Below are positions 1 through 13,240 of a DNA stretch of 64,000 bases, piece by piece. Source of the DNA: the human T2T-CHM13v2.0 reference genome, Homo sapiens; assembly GCF_009914755.1 (NCBI RefSeq), contig NC_060926.1. One strand, 5' to 3'. The notes beneath the pieces are model-generated. The model did not search any database and was not told the origin of the DNA. It was given only the letters and a program-made list of their open reading frames with translations. Within the stretch, counting starts at the first letter, position 1. Each line of letters begins with the position of its first letter. Both the position numbers and the translations under genes were made by a program.

Positions 1-424
1 CAATTTTGTGATAATTTTATTATTGGCAAATTAATACATCAACACTTAAATCATTGACTATAATAATACCTTCTGGCTACCTCTGTATCAACCAAATTCT
101 GTAGGTGCAAACATATACCAGGGAATTCTTACTGGCAAAATGATCAATCTGGAGTGTGCATCCACTGTGAATGGAGCAAATTGCCCTATACCCATTGATA
201 ACCTAGCTTTCTTAGTTTGTAGATGTAGGAAACAAAATAGTGACAGAGAGAGAAGGGGGTCCACAGGGCATGGTATATTTATCAGCAGTGGAAAAAAAGT
301 GCATAGATCATTTAGTCCAAGAACTTAAAACTAAATAGAGCCATAATTTACTTTGGAGAGTCATTTTAATTTGTCTTTGGTACCAAGGAGAAGACGGAAC
401 CAAAAACAAACTCTCCAAGTATAT

Positions 425-1008
<584 letters not shown>

Positions 1009-3169
1009 TTAGAAAATGTGACTGGCTTAGGACGGGGATAATATGTGAACAGAAATCTATCTCATGAGAAAGTGCTACTGTTGTCAAAATTACCTTATCT
1101 GAGTGAATGGTATTTTTTTTATCTTTTCCACACATGCGTGGGAAAGGTATGATTTCTGCATGTAATTGCAGTTTAACCCTTATTTCTAGGTTGATCATAG
1201 GTCCCAGTTTACCCAGGAAAATTCCAGTTTATACCTGTTGTACCTGTGTAATTATTGGTAGCACTCCCTTTCACTCTTACAATGTCTTGGTTTGGATGAT
1301 ATATGGTGAAGTTTTTGTTGAAACTAAATTATGAAGTCTGATATATTTGGATAAAAATAAAGAATTGCTTTTCTTCTCCTTTTGCTGATTTTTTGACACA
1401 TCATTCTAAGCAAAATCATCTCAGCTTCGTATATTTCAGCCTGAAGTACTTCTTACCAAAGTTGTTTCATGTAACATTTGTTCAATATGTTCGTGACATG
1501 TCTCTCAGTAATGAAAAGTTATGCATTTTATTGAATGAATAAAAACCTAACCTCTGCTATTTCCATTTCTGGAAGTTGTAAGAGCTCACATTAAAGACAG
1601 TAAAAGTCAATTTAAGCCAAGATCATTTTCAGCCCACCAATGTCATGGCTATTGGAAAGGAAAACCTAATGTGATCATTGAACTATCATAACAAGTGGAA
1701 ACTAGAACTTTTTTATAGCATTTTCATGATATAGGTCCTGTTATAGTAAGATATTTCATTCTATTTATCAAAATGGTGTAAATAAAAGAAACACAATTAT
1801 TTTGGTAATGCTTATCTTCAGTTTAAACATTTATTCTTTTCAGAAATATGTAAATACCCTTTTGTAAATATATACAAAATGAAAAATAAGGATATTTTAC
1901 CATTAATTATTTCTGAAAGATTCTTATGCTGTTTTAAATTTATCTATATATGGCTTAAAATATTATGAAAAGAGCCTTTTTGTCAGGACAAAATGGCTCA
2001 TAATACAGTATTTCTACTGGAGGAAGACTGGGGTCATCATGGGAAAGCTGGCTTACATTCTATTAGTTCTTACATTCTTCAGAATTTATGTTTGAATTAC
2101 ATTGTACATATTTAAATTAGCATCAACCTAATTCCATTTTCTGGCATGAAATCTATAATTATTTAAGTGTAAAAGGTCATTTAGTTTCAAAAATATAAAC
2201 TCATGTATTCAATACTGCAAGTTCAATTTTATAAAAAACGGTATTAAACTTTTGAAACATGATTGGGTTTAATTTTTAGTGTTCTCATCCTTTTTGCACT
2301 CTTCACCACTTAATTATTCACATTTCTTGACTCAGTTTGTTTATCATAAGACTCTTAATTCCTGAAGGGCAATCATTAAATTCATCACAAGTCATTCCTT
2401 GATAATTCCTTTTATTTTGGCTGCTTATTGGTAAGATGCTTCAGCAATACCAAACGTCAGCTTAATAATGCAGATACTCAGGACCTGCGTTTCTTGGAGG
2501 AAGCTTCATGGTTATCCTACCCCTTGCTGAACCAGTGTTTTAAAAGCTACAGTAAGTAAAGCAGACAAACGCATAGTTTTTCTAATTTTGTTTAAGTATC
2601 TAATCATCTTTTAATAAAGCATTCAGTTGCTTCACCTGTGTTTCACAGAAAAATGTGTTCTTAATCTTGGATCAGATGAGTTTTGTGATGTGTAATGTGC
2701 CCAACTCCCAGGCACCTCAGAGAATTAATTTAGAAAAGCTAAGTCGCTACAGCTTCTGACCTAGTAGATTTCCATACAGATGGTCTTTTATCATTTAATA
2801 GAATTGTTAGGGTTGTTCCTCAAAATATATTTTGTTGTTGTTGTTGTTGTTTACAATTTTCTTCTGGACTTTCTTGTTGCTTAAAGGTCTATTATATGTC
2901 TGAATGCTGTGTTTTCAGAGAGGAAGATGTTTGCATATTCTCTTTAACTTAGATATTCTCCAGTTTCACTGTGATTTCTTTGGGATTTTTAAATCTACTT
3001 GTAAAGATTTTTTGAAATTATAGCTGTTTCAGAATATCTGGGCTTTTTCTGACCAATAGATGCTATAGAGCACAAATACTGTAGGACCTACTATATTCTC
3101 CTTGTTTACTAAGAATCAAATCCATGCTTCTATTTATCCTCTCCCAGCTCTGAATGTGTCAATCATGTA

Positions 3170-3275
3170 CATGGTGACTTGCACACATTATTTATATATT
3201 AGAAACAACTCTGCATGGTAAAGATCATCCCTATTTTACACTTAAAGAAACTTATTCTCAGAGAGGCTGTTTAGC
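3170..3275 (-). mobile_element. MIR fragment
   Basis: CATCCCTATTTTACACTTAAAGAAACTTATTCTCAGAGAGG resembles the antisense MIR core. Confidence 0.5.
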
Positions 3276-3855
3276 GGGTTTTTAATTAAATCCACAAACA
3301 TGGGGTATAGTCTCTGCTCCCTGGAAGTATAAAGAATAAAGAGAATCCCTTTTAAAAACAACTGCATATTCCAGAAAATTTGGATGCATGAACATAAATA
3401 TTCAATGACTGTGTGCAATGGCTTCTAACCTAACAGAATGTCTTGTGCAATGGAGTTTGCATTTTTCCTAGCTGTCATTTGGAGAAATGGTGGATGGAAA
3501 ATGAGAGTCGTGTAAGGAGTAGCTGTGGTCACAATTGTGTGTTGGTTAGAGGAGGAAAAAAAAAGTAGGTAGGAAGCAAGGACAAATAAAAATGAAGAAA
3601 ATGTGGAGGAAAGTAGACACTTGAAGTGTTGCACAAAGAAATACCTAAGTGGCAAAGAGGTAAAAATGAAAAAGACAAGCTAAAAAATCAAGAGTCCAGT
3701 GGATACTTGAAAAAATACTGCAAATAAGCAGAAAGTTTCTTCAAACCCAGGTACCTCAGACCCAGAGGTTTTTTTAAAAAATGATACAGTAACATTTTGC
3801 TGTATTTACCTCATGTACTTATTAAATAAATAAAGTGTCATAGAAATCTAAAACA

Positions 3856-4172
3856 GGCTGGGCATGGTGGCCCACCTGTAGTCTCAGCACTTTGGGAGGC
3901 CAAGGCAGGAGGATTGCTTGAGCCCAGGGGTTCAAGACCAGCCTGGGCAACAGTGGCACTTCATCTCTACTAAAAATAAGTTTAAAAAAATTAGCTGGGC
4001 ATAGTGGCATGTGCCTATAATCTTAGCTACTAGGGAGACTGAGGTGGGAGGATCCCTTGAGCCCAGGAGTTTGGGGGTTGTAATGAGTTATGATCTACGA
4101 CACTGCACTCCAGCCTGGGTGACAGAGTAAGACCTTGTCTCAAAAGAAGAGAAAGAATAAAAAGAAAAAGAA
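3856..4172 (+). mobile_element. AluJ element
   Basis: GGAGGATTGCTTGAGCCCAGG-type motif in both arms (AluJ-like). Degenerate A tail. TSD AGAAATCTAAAACAG / AGAAACCTAAAACAG. Confidence 0.95.
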
Positions 4173-4264
4173 AGAAACCTAAAACAGCCACTTTGTCTCT
4201 TCCAAATCCTACACTATTCCATTTCTCTTCCTCATCGGAAGCCATCACTACCTAGAAATGAGTG

Positions 4265-4500
4265 TGTATATTTCCTGTGCTGGTGTGTATATGTATACTG
4301 CATATGCATAAATTTATATGTAATGCATACTATAACAATCTGATATTTTACTTGAATATATTTCTATACAAATGTATATAAATATGTGATATTTATATAT
4401 AAAATGTATTTGTTATATAAATATGTTTCTATAAAATATGTTATATATAACATGCTATATAAATATATATTTAATATAAATATAAATATTCATAGATACA
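4265..4500. repeat. AT-rich low-complexity (TA)n-like tract
   Basis: Degenerate TATA/ATAT repeats. Confidence 0.7.
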
Positions 4501-7500
4501 CACCTACTGATAAATTTGTTTTTATTTTTTCTTTCTTCTCTTGGATTTTGTGTTTTCTTTCTTTGCCTTTTTTAAAAAAAATTTCCATGTCTATTATTGT
4601 AGTAACCTTCAAAATTTAAGCTTGAGTACAGCAACTAATGAAACCAAAGCTAATTAACATCTCCACCTTCCTTTCAAACAAAAGAAGGATCTTACAGCGT
4701 ATTAAATTCAGCCACATCTTCCCCTGTTTTCTCTGCTATTTTTGCATAGTATTACACGTGTTTTTAATGTTCTAACAAAAAACTGTTATTTTTAAGTCAA
4801 TGCATCTGTATAATTGGCTATATATTTCCTGATTTCTTCATTCACCATAGCTTCTTGCATCCTACTCATTCATCCTTTCTTTTTTTTCTTAATTAAGTAT
4901 GTATTTTAACAGTTATTTAGGCAAACATCTGTGATCATCTTAAATGTTTTTTTCTTTTTTTACATTTTTTTTCTGGACATTCTTGTTGATTAAAAGTATA
5001 TTATATGTCTAATTGACGTGTTTTCAGGAAGGAAAATATTTTCATATTCTTCAGTTTCACTATGATTTCATTTTTCAGGTAACAAAAATTTCTTCACATG
5101 GGATATCCTGGATAAGATATCCATAATTGCATGATGCTTAGGTTTGAGGTTTCAGCTTCTCCCAGAATACCTTCTGCTCTCTCCATAGCCCCGTGCACAG
5201 ACAAGCTTCCTTGTCACTGGGCCTTAGGTGGAAAGTTTGGTTCCTGATAAGGTTTTACACAGCCCTAGACTTATTCAGGGTCTTCAGTTCCAGTTTCCTG
5301 TTTAACAGGTATCGAAGTTGCACCTTTCCCATTATAGGTGTTAAAATCTCAGTCCCCAAATTAGAACCTATCTCCATGTCTAATTCTCCTGAATTTGCAC
5401 ACAGACACACACACACACACTCACATACATGGAAGAAACTCCTGAATTTTAAAGACATTGTTTCACATGTCTTATATATATATACATAAATATATACACA
5501 CACACACACGCTTTCATATATACATGTGCATATATCTGTGTGTGTGTATATATATATATATATAGAGTAGAAAGTCACACATACACATAAAGAGTCATGA
5601 AGTTTTTACAAGGCTTGTTACAATAAAAACAGCCCCCACTCTCTACCTACTCTCTCCTCACTCTCTCCCCAGAGACAAAGACTTTCAACCCTTTTAAATG
5701 ACTCTATTGTTATTTACATGCAAATTTCTAATCATTCTTTTATTGCTTCCCTTGGTTTTCCATTTTGGGGTATTATTTGTTTGTCTTCCACTGTGGTAAA
5801 TTATTTAGTTCTATTTTAACCCTTGCTATCCACTATACGTCTTCAACATCCACTCTAGTATAGTTAGATTTTCAACACTATATTTTAAGAGTTTAATTAT
5901 CAATGTCCTCATTAAGTTCTATCACAACTGAGCCCCATGTATTTTGATTATTTTTCTCACCCTTTGTAGCTTCTTCCTCCTATAATTGATAACTGACTTC
6001 TTTGTTCATTTATGTATGTATCACTAATACAGTCATAGAATCTTCCCCAATTATGTAAATGATTTCCTGTTAATTTGTCAGACTCATTAGATACCCTACA
6101 AGTTTCATCTTCTTGAAGAAGCCTCCACCAAGACGTTCTGAGACGTTTCCTATGAAGGAAAGATCTTTTGACGCCATACAGGTGTTGTCTTGGGATCTTC
6201 CTTTGTAATCATCCTGGAGAGTCCATTCACCTTGTTCTTGGTGTAGAAACCCTGTTTCATGGAACATGTTTTCTTCTTTCTGTGTTTACTTTGTTTTGTT
6301 TTGATAAAATTTGTTTTGATAAAACATATTTTCCAGGGGTTTCTGAGAAAGAAATAGTGATAAACTCTTAGAGGCCTTGCACATATTTAAATAAATCTTT
6401 CCCTTGTAATTAATTGTTTGGTCTCTTGTACAAATTATTTTTTCTTCTGAATTTCAGTGACATTGTTCTTTTTTTTTCTAGTTTCCAGTGTTGCTATTGA
6501 GATATCTAATACCATTCTGAATTATAATAATCTTTCATATGAAAGTAATTTTTATCCATAAGGCTCTTAAGATATTCTATTCTTCCCCAGTGTTCTAAAA
6601 TTTTCAAATGATCTACCTTCGTAGGGGCCCACTTAATCCCTTTTGCTGGGCCTTTGCAATCTGTATCCTCATGGTCCTCTCCATTTTCCTCTATTCTTTC
6701 TTTCTGGAATTGTTATTGTTTGGCTGTTGGAGTTCTTGGACTGATTCTCTAACCCCTTCATATTTCCTCTTTTATCTTTTTGCATTTTTTTCTGTACTTT
6801 ATTGGGGATTTTCTTGACTTTATCCTTTACGATTTTTATTTCTGTCAATTTATTTCACTTTAGGTCATTTATCTTCCAGATTTTCATTTCTGCTATACTA
6901 GTTTTAATTTTCAAGTACTTTTTCCTGTTCTATAAACATTTCCTTTTTTACGAGTCCTTGTGTTGTTTCATGAATGCATAATTTTAGCTCTCTCAAATTA
7001 TTAAAGATAATGTGTTTTAAATGTTTTTTTCTCTCTGCATTGTACCTATTTCTAATGTCTTTTTATATGTATGATTTGGGATCTATATTTCCTATTAGAT
7101 TGTTTTCTCATATATCTGATGATTGTTAGGTCTTTTCTCATACTTAAAAATGGAGCAATTGCAATGATCAATGAAGTTCTGTTCAAATGTATGGGGTAAA
7201 TCAAATTGATCTTCACTGGTGTGTGATGTGGTTCAGCTATTTGCCTGAGCTTAGTGTATCCTTCAGCTTGTTATTTAAGGTCAGTAACTGTACCCAGGTA
7301 AGACTCTTTCAATCTGCTCTTGCAGTCTGTGAAGGGTCGGTACCTGGCCACCAGAGTTCACAGGGAAAAGAGCGTTCAAGAATGACTATCTCTATCCTAT
7401 TTTCAGAACAGTATCCTCATTCTCAAGACTGTTTAGGCTTCTGATTCTAGATACAGTTTTCTGCCAGGATATGAGAGAAGCAATCAACAAGTTGAGTTGA

Positions 7501-7600
7501 TTAGAAGGGGATCTGCTCCTTAAATGGGCTTTCAGTGAGTTTCTTGCTATCATCTCCTTTTCTGACCTCTTCCCTCTGCTGTGCTTTAATATCCCTCAAC
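4500..7600 (-). mobile_element. Highly diverged old L1M (L1MC/L1ME-like) fragments
   Basis: T-rich strand bias and L1M-like motifs such as TTTCCAGTGTTGCTATTGAGATATCTAATACCATTCTGA. Boundaries are approximate. Confidence 0.45.
5397..5590. repeat. Compound (CA)n/(TA)n/(TG)n microsatellite
   Basis: Alternating purine-pyrimidine runs directly visible. Confidence 0.9.
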
Positions 7601-7694
7601 TACTGTCTTAGTAATTTCAGAAATCAATCAATAAATAAATGCTTATATTTAAGTTATTTTGAGTCTTAATTAACACACTTAATGTATTTAATTA

Positions 7695-8194
7695 GACTAT
7701 AGTATCACCGTTGCTATAAATTACCACAAATTTAGCAGCTTAAATAACACAAATGTCCGATCTTACAGTTCTGAAGCTAGAAGTCTGACATTGCTCTCAC
7801 TGAGCGAAAGACAATGTCTTACCAGGGCTGAGTTTCTTCTGGAGGCTCTAGAAGAGAATTCATTTCCATGTCTTTTCCAATTTCTAGAGCCCATCGACAT
7901 TCTTTGGCTTGTTGTCCTTTCCCCATCATCAAAGCCAGCAAAATGACCTCCCTCTTTGTCTTTATTCTATAGTGACATCTAGCTCTGACTCTCTTCTACA
8001 TTATTCTTACAACCTTGGGAGACATTGCAATTACACTGGGGTAGGTAATCCAAGATAATCTCACCATCTCATAATCTCAAGTTCCTTGGCCTAATCACAT
8101 CTTCCAGTCCCCTTTGCAAAGTAAAGTCATATATTCACAGGTTCCAGATATCAAGATACAGACTTCTTTGGACGTCATTATTCTGCCTACCTCA
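7695..8194 (-). mobile_element. MLT1 (MLT1D-like) MaLR solo LTR
   Basis: TTACCACAAATTTAGCAGCTTAAATAACAC...CTTACAGTTCTG...GGAGGCTCTAG. Ends CATTATTCTGCCTACCTCA, the reverse complement of the MLT1D start. Confidence 0.8.
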
Positions 8195-8453
8195 CTAACC
8201 TTTCTTTCTTCTTCCCTTTTATAAAAACAGAATATAAGAATAATTTTTTAAAGTATGTTCTTTCACTAATCTAAGTATATTTATGAAAATTTTAAAATAA
8301 GAGAAGACACTTATTACTATTAATGACATTTTTCCTTGTGAAGAAATATATTTACCCGTACATTGTTTAATTATTCTCTTGGAAATCTATTTCTGTCACA
8401 GTCTGTGAACAAATGTCTGGCCAGGTTTTATTTTATACTTCTTCGTGGAAGAT

Positions 8454-8493
8454 AAAACAAAACAAAACAAAACAAAACAAAACAAAACAAAAC
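8454..8493. repeat. (AAAAC)8 microsatellite
   Basis: Eight perfect pentamer units. Confidence 0.95.
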
Positions 8494-10252
8494 GGATTAA
8501 AATTAACATCTATAACTTCAATATTCTGAATCTAAGAATGTATCTCAAGTCCACTTTCTTTTGGTTCACTACCCTACCCTATAGTCTTAAAACAATATCA
8601 AGGTTAGATTTAAGTTTCAGTAGATCAACTTGAGAGCTGGTGTCAGTATTTATTGGGAGAAAAATATTACTGTGCCACACAGACACATAAAATGTATAAA
8701 AACTTGTGGCCTAGCAATTAATTTTAGAAATGAATTCCAATGTTTTTTAACCAGGTGATCAATGAAATGTATATAGCGACTTTGGATGGGCCCATGAGAG
8801 TGAACACTTTGATCAGTTTTTAAGTTTCAGTGGCTGACTCAATGAGAAGAATGAGTCATAAAATGTCATTTAGATGCAGGTTTAATTTTGTAAATGAAAG
8901 CTGCTAGCATATCCTCTACCAGTATCCCATTGTCATATAGAGGGCTGTGAAGTCTGATGAGATTTATGGCTTTCTTTCTTAGTAAAAATTCCTAAATAAT
9001 TATTGTTTTTTGTTACCAACTTTTATCTCCCACCCACCTCACAGCTTAAGTGATTTCTTAGGTTCATAAAGCAAGCTATATTGAGGGGAAAAGTGGGCAA
9101 AGAATAAAACAATTATATTATAGTCCCATATTTTTGTATTATTATACAGGTTTCACTTCACTGGCTCTTGCTTTCCCTATGTATAACATTTATAGTGTGA
9201 AATTATATTCCATTACTTTTCATACTGAGATTCATATTTCACATTATCTACAACTTTCTTAAAATATCTCGATTTGGACATGTGAATAAAATCTCTCATC
9301 TAACTATAGTTTTTTAGTTAAATATAAGAATCTTGTATAGAATGCCAGCCATTAGAGTTGATGTTCAACTGTAAAGAAGATATTAAGTGGAAGATATTTG
9401 GAAAAGTGAGATCTACACTATGCTAGAAATATGTAGTGATTAAAAAGTAAAGATTAATCAGAAAACTTAGGCTTGTTAATTGATAAAATTCTTATTGATG
9501 GCTAAGTCATAGGAAAAGATTGCTTTGGAAATTATGCATCATAGTTAGCCTTAAAGAGGGTAGTTTCCCCTCCAGATGAGAACTAAAATGTTGGAATAGA
9601 AGAAAAGCTGTGAATGAGCACTATTCAAACCAATATTCTATTATCCAGAGCCAAAAAGAGATTAGTCACCTTTTATGTATTTATTTGTTATTTTTCCCCA
9701 ATACTTTATGATTACTTTTGAAACTGTTAAGCATGGCTTTTTATAGGGGAAGCTCTTACTTGAGAATTATGGAAGCAGTTTGTATCATGTATAGAATCTG
9801 CCCCATCTCTTGCCAATTTACACAAACTTCATTAGTATTCATGTACAGAAGTTTCAAATCTCCACAGAGACCCATCAACTTAAAAGCATTAAGTCAACAA
9901 TCACTTGTTTGGCCAATTTTGTGTCATGTTGTAGGTGTTATTGTATGCACGAGGGTTATAGAAAATAATAAAGGGAAAAAATTATAAACTTATTCAAAAT
10001 GACTGACAATTAAAATACAGTAAATGTTTTGAAACATAACTGCACAGCATGCTATGGGAAAACTGAATAAGGTGATTTAAGTTATGCATGATATGGAATT
10101 GCGTGGGGCTAAAAAAGATGGGAAGATCTTGAAGAGTATTTTATAGTAAAGAATACTGGAATTGCATTTTAGAAGACTTGAATAAATTACTTAGACAATG
10201 AAAAGGAGGAAAAGTAAAGAAAGAAGCCTATACAGAATTTGGAAACAATATT

Positions 10253-10750
10253 TGTCAGGCCTGAGCCCAAGCCAAGCCATTGCATCCCCTGTGTCTTGCA
10301 CATATACGCCCAGATGGCCTGAAGTAACTGAAGAACCACAAAAGAAGTGAATATGCCCTGCCCCGCCTTAAATGACATTCCACCACAAAAAAAGTGAAAA
10401 TGGCCTGTTCCCGCCTTAACTGATGACATTCCACCACAAAAAAAGTGAAAATGGCCTGTTCCTGCCTTAACTGATGACATTGTCTTGTGAAATTCCTTCT
10501 CCTGGCTCATCCTGTCTCAAAAGCTCCCCCACTGAGCACCTTGTGACCCCCCCACTCTGCCCGCCAGAGAACAACTCCCCTTCGACTGTAATTTTCCTTT
10601 ATTTACCCAAATCCTATAAAACGGCCCCACCCTTATCTCCCTTCCCTGACTCTCTTTTCGGACTCAGCCCACCTGCACCCAAGTGATTAAAAGCTTTTAT
10701 TGCTCACACAAAGCCTGTTTGGTGGTCTCCTCACATGGACACGCATGAAA
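10253..10750 (+). promoter_or_regulatory. 5' LTR (LTR7 family), 498 bp
   Basis: TATAAA 10615-10620, GC/GT box GGCCCCACCC 10623-10632, ATTAAA 10686-10691. Three copies of the ~51-bp U3 repeat. Confidence 0.95.
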
Positions 10751-10752
10751 TT

Positions 10753-10770
10753 TGGTGCCATGACTCGGAT
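10753..10770 (+). other. Primer-binding site complementary to tRNA-His
   Basis: TGGTGCCATGACTCGGAT two bases after the 5' LTR, one mismatch to the His PBS TGGTGCCGTGACTCGGAT. Confidence 0.92.
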
Positions 10771-10893
10771 CAGGGGACCTCCCTTGGGAGATCAATCCCC
10801 TGTCCTCCTGTTCTTTGCTCCATGAAAAAGATCCACCTACGACCTCAGGTCCTCAGACCCACCAGCCCAAGGAACATTTCACCAATTTTAAAT

Positions 10894-10902
10894 CGGGTAA
10901 GC
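10894..10902 (+). promoter_or_regulatory. HERV-H major splice donor
   Basis: CGG|GTAAGC with GT at 10897-10898, about 150 nt downstream of the 5' LTR, the known position of the HERV-H donor. Confidence 0.8.
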
Positions 10903-11357
10903 GGCCTCTTTTTACTCTCTTCTCCAGCCTTCCTCACTATCCCTCAACCTCTTTCTCCTTTCAATCTTGGCGCCACTCTTCAATCTCTCCCTTATCTTAA
11001 TTTCAATTCCTTTCATTTTCTGGTAGAGACAAAGGAGACACGTTTTATCCATGGACCCAAAACTCCGGCGCCGGTCACGGACTAGGGAAGGCAGCCTTCC
11101 CTTGGTGTTTAATCATTGCAGGGATGCCGCTTTGATTATTCCCCCATGTTTCAGAGGTGTCAGACCACACAGGGACGCCTGCCTTGGTCCTTCACCCTTA
11201 GTGGCAAATCCCGCTTTTCTGGGAAAGGGGCAAGTACCCCAACCCCTTCTCTCCGTGTCTCTACCCCTTCTCTGCCTTTCTGGGGGTCAAGAAACCCCCA
11301 ACCCCTTCTCCTTCACCCTGAGTGGCAAGTCCAACTTTTCTGGGGGAGGGTCAAGTA

Positions 11358-11516
11358 TCCCAACCTCCTATCTCTGTACCCTGATCCCTTATTTCCACAC
11401 CCCAACCTCTTATATCTCTGCGCCCTGATCCCTTATTTCTGCACCCCAACCTCTTATATCTCTGCACCCCGATCCCTTATTTCCATGCCCCGACCTCGTA
11501 TCTCTGTGCCCCGACC
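11358..11516 (+). repeat. ~3.5 copies of a 42-44 bp tandem repeat in the HERV-H pre-gag leader
   Basis: Unit approximately CCAACCTCTTATATCTCTGCRCCCYGATCCCTTATTTCYRCACC, starting at 11360, 11402, 11446 and 11490. Confidence 0.85.
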
Positions 11517-11600
11517 TCTTCTCTGCTTTTCTGGAGGGCAAGAACCCCCCAACCCCTTCTCTGTGTCTCTACTCTTTTCTCTGGGCTTGCCTCCTTCACT

Positions 11601-12815
11601 ATGGGCAAGCTTCCACCTTCCATTCCTCCTTCTTCTCCCTTAGCCTGTGTTCTTAAGAACTTAAAACCTCTTCAACCCTCACCTGACCTAAAATCTAAGC
11701 ATCTTATTTTCTTCTGCAATGCCGCTTGACCCCAATACAAACTTGACAGTAGTTCCAAATAGCCGGAAAACAGCACTTTCAATTTTTCCATCCTACAAGA
11801 TCTAAATAATTCTTGTCGTAAAATGGGCAAATGATCTGACGTGCCTGACGTCCAGGCATTCTTTTACACATTGGTCCCTCTCTAGTCTCTGTTCCGAATG
11901 CAACTCATCCCAAATCTTCCATTTTTCCCTCCCACCTGTCCCCTCAGTCCCAACCCCAAGCGTCGCTGAGTCTTTCTAATCTTCCTTTTCTACAGACCCA
12001 TCTGACCTCTCCCCTCCTCCCCAGGCTGCTCCTCGCCAGGCCAAGCTAGGTCCCAATTCTTCCTCAGCCTCTGCTCCTCCACCCTATAATCCTTTTATCA
12101 CCTGCCCTCCTCACACCCAGTCCGGCTTACAGTTTTGTTCCATGACTAGCCCTCCCCCACCTGCCCAGCAATTTACTCTTAAAAAGGTGGTTGGAGTTAA
12201 GGCATAGTCAAGGTTAATGCTCCTTTTTCTTTATCCCAAATCAGGTAGCGTTTGGGCTCTTTTTCATCAAATATAAAAATCCAGCCCAGTTCATGACTTG
12301 TTTGGCAGCAACCCTGAGATACTTTACAGCCCTAGACCCTAAAATGTCAAAAGGCCGTCTTATTCTCAAAATACATTTTATTACCCAATCTGCTCCCGAC
12401 ATTAAATGAAACTCCAAAAATTAAATTCTGGCTCTCAAACCCCACAACAGGATTTAATTAACCTCGCCTTCAAGGTGTACAATAATAGAAAAAAGTTGCA
12501 ATTCCTTGCCTCCACTGTGAGACAAACCCCAGCCACATCTCCAGCACACAAGAACTTCCAAACGCCTGAACCACAGCAGCCAGGCGTTCCTCCAGAACCT
12601 CCTCCCCCAGGAGCTTGCTACAAGTGCCAGAAATCTGACCACCAGGCCAAGGAATGCCTGCAGCCCAGGATTCCTCCTAAGCCGTGTCCCATCTGTGCGG
12701 GACCCCACTGGAAATCGGACTGTTCAACTCACCTGGCAGCCACTCCCAGAGCCCCTGGATCTCTGGCCCAACGCTGTGTGACTGACTCCTTTTCGGCTTA
12801 GCGGCTGAAGACTGA
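11601..12815 (+). pseudogene. gag: HERV-H gag, disrupted
   Basis: Starts MGKLPPSIPP at 11601, TGA after 42 codons (11727). The C-terminal piece (ORF 12406-12801) keeps two zinc knuckles, CYKCQKSDHQAKEC and CPICAGPHWKSDC. Confidence 0.9.
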
Positions 12816-13240
12816 CTCTGCCTGATCACCTCGGAAGCCCCGTAGACCATCACAGACGCCAAGCTTTAGGTAACTCTCACAGTGGAAGGTAAGTCCTTCC
12901 CCTTCTTAATCAATACGGAGGCTACCCACTCCACATTAACTTATTTTCAAGGGCCTGTTTCCCTTGCCTCCATAACTGTTGTGGCTATTGACAGCCAGGC
13001 TTCTAAACCTCTTAAAACTCCCCAACTCTGGTGCCAACTTAGACAATACTCTTTTAAGCACTCCTTTTAGTTATCCCCACCTGCCCAGTTCCCTTATTAG
13101 GCCGAGACACTTTAACTAAATTATCTGCTTCCCTGACTATTCCTGGATTACAGCTGCATCTCATTGCTGCCCTTCTTCCCAATCCAAAGCCTCCTTTGCG
13201 TCCTCCTCTTGTATTCCCCCACCTTAACCCACAAGTGTAA
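12816..13240 (+). pseudogene. pro: HERV-H protease, inactive
   Basis: FLINTEATHSTL in place of the aspartyl-protease motif LIDTGA. In-frame stop at 13068-13070. Downstream CPVPLLGRDTLTKL motif. Confidence 0.88.

Noticed and set aside
10187-10510. Minus-strand ORF with repeated GHFHFFCGGMSSVK, also seen at 17138-17347
   Set aside because: Simply the antisense reading of the LTR7 U3 tandem repeat; no evidence of a gene.
10753-10770. tRNA-like sequence
   Set aside because: It is the 18-nt primer-binding site, not a tRNA gene.
10330-11520. Regularly spaced repeats resembling a CRISPR array
   Set aside because: They are tandem units without unique spacers, inside a retroviral LTR and leader in primate DNA; no cas genes.
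11051-11643. 125-aa and 175-aa ORFs in the pre-gag leader
   Set aside because: Low-complexity Pro/Leu/Ser products of a C-rich tandem repeat with few stop codons; no domain features.
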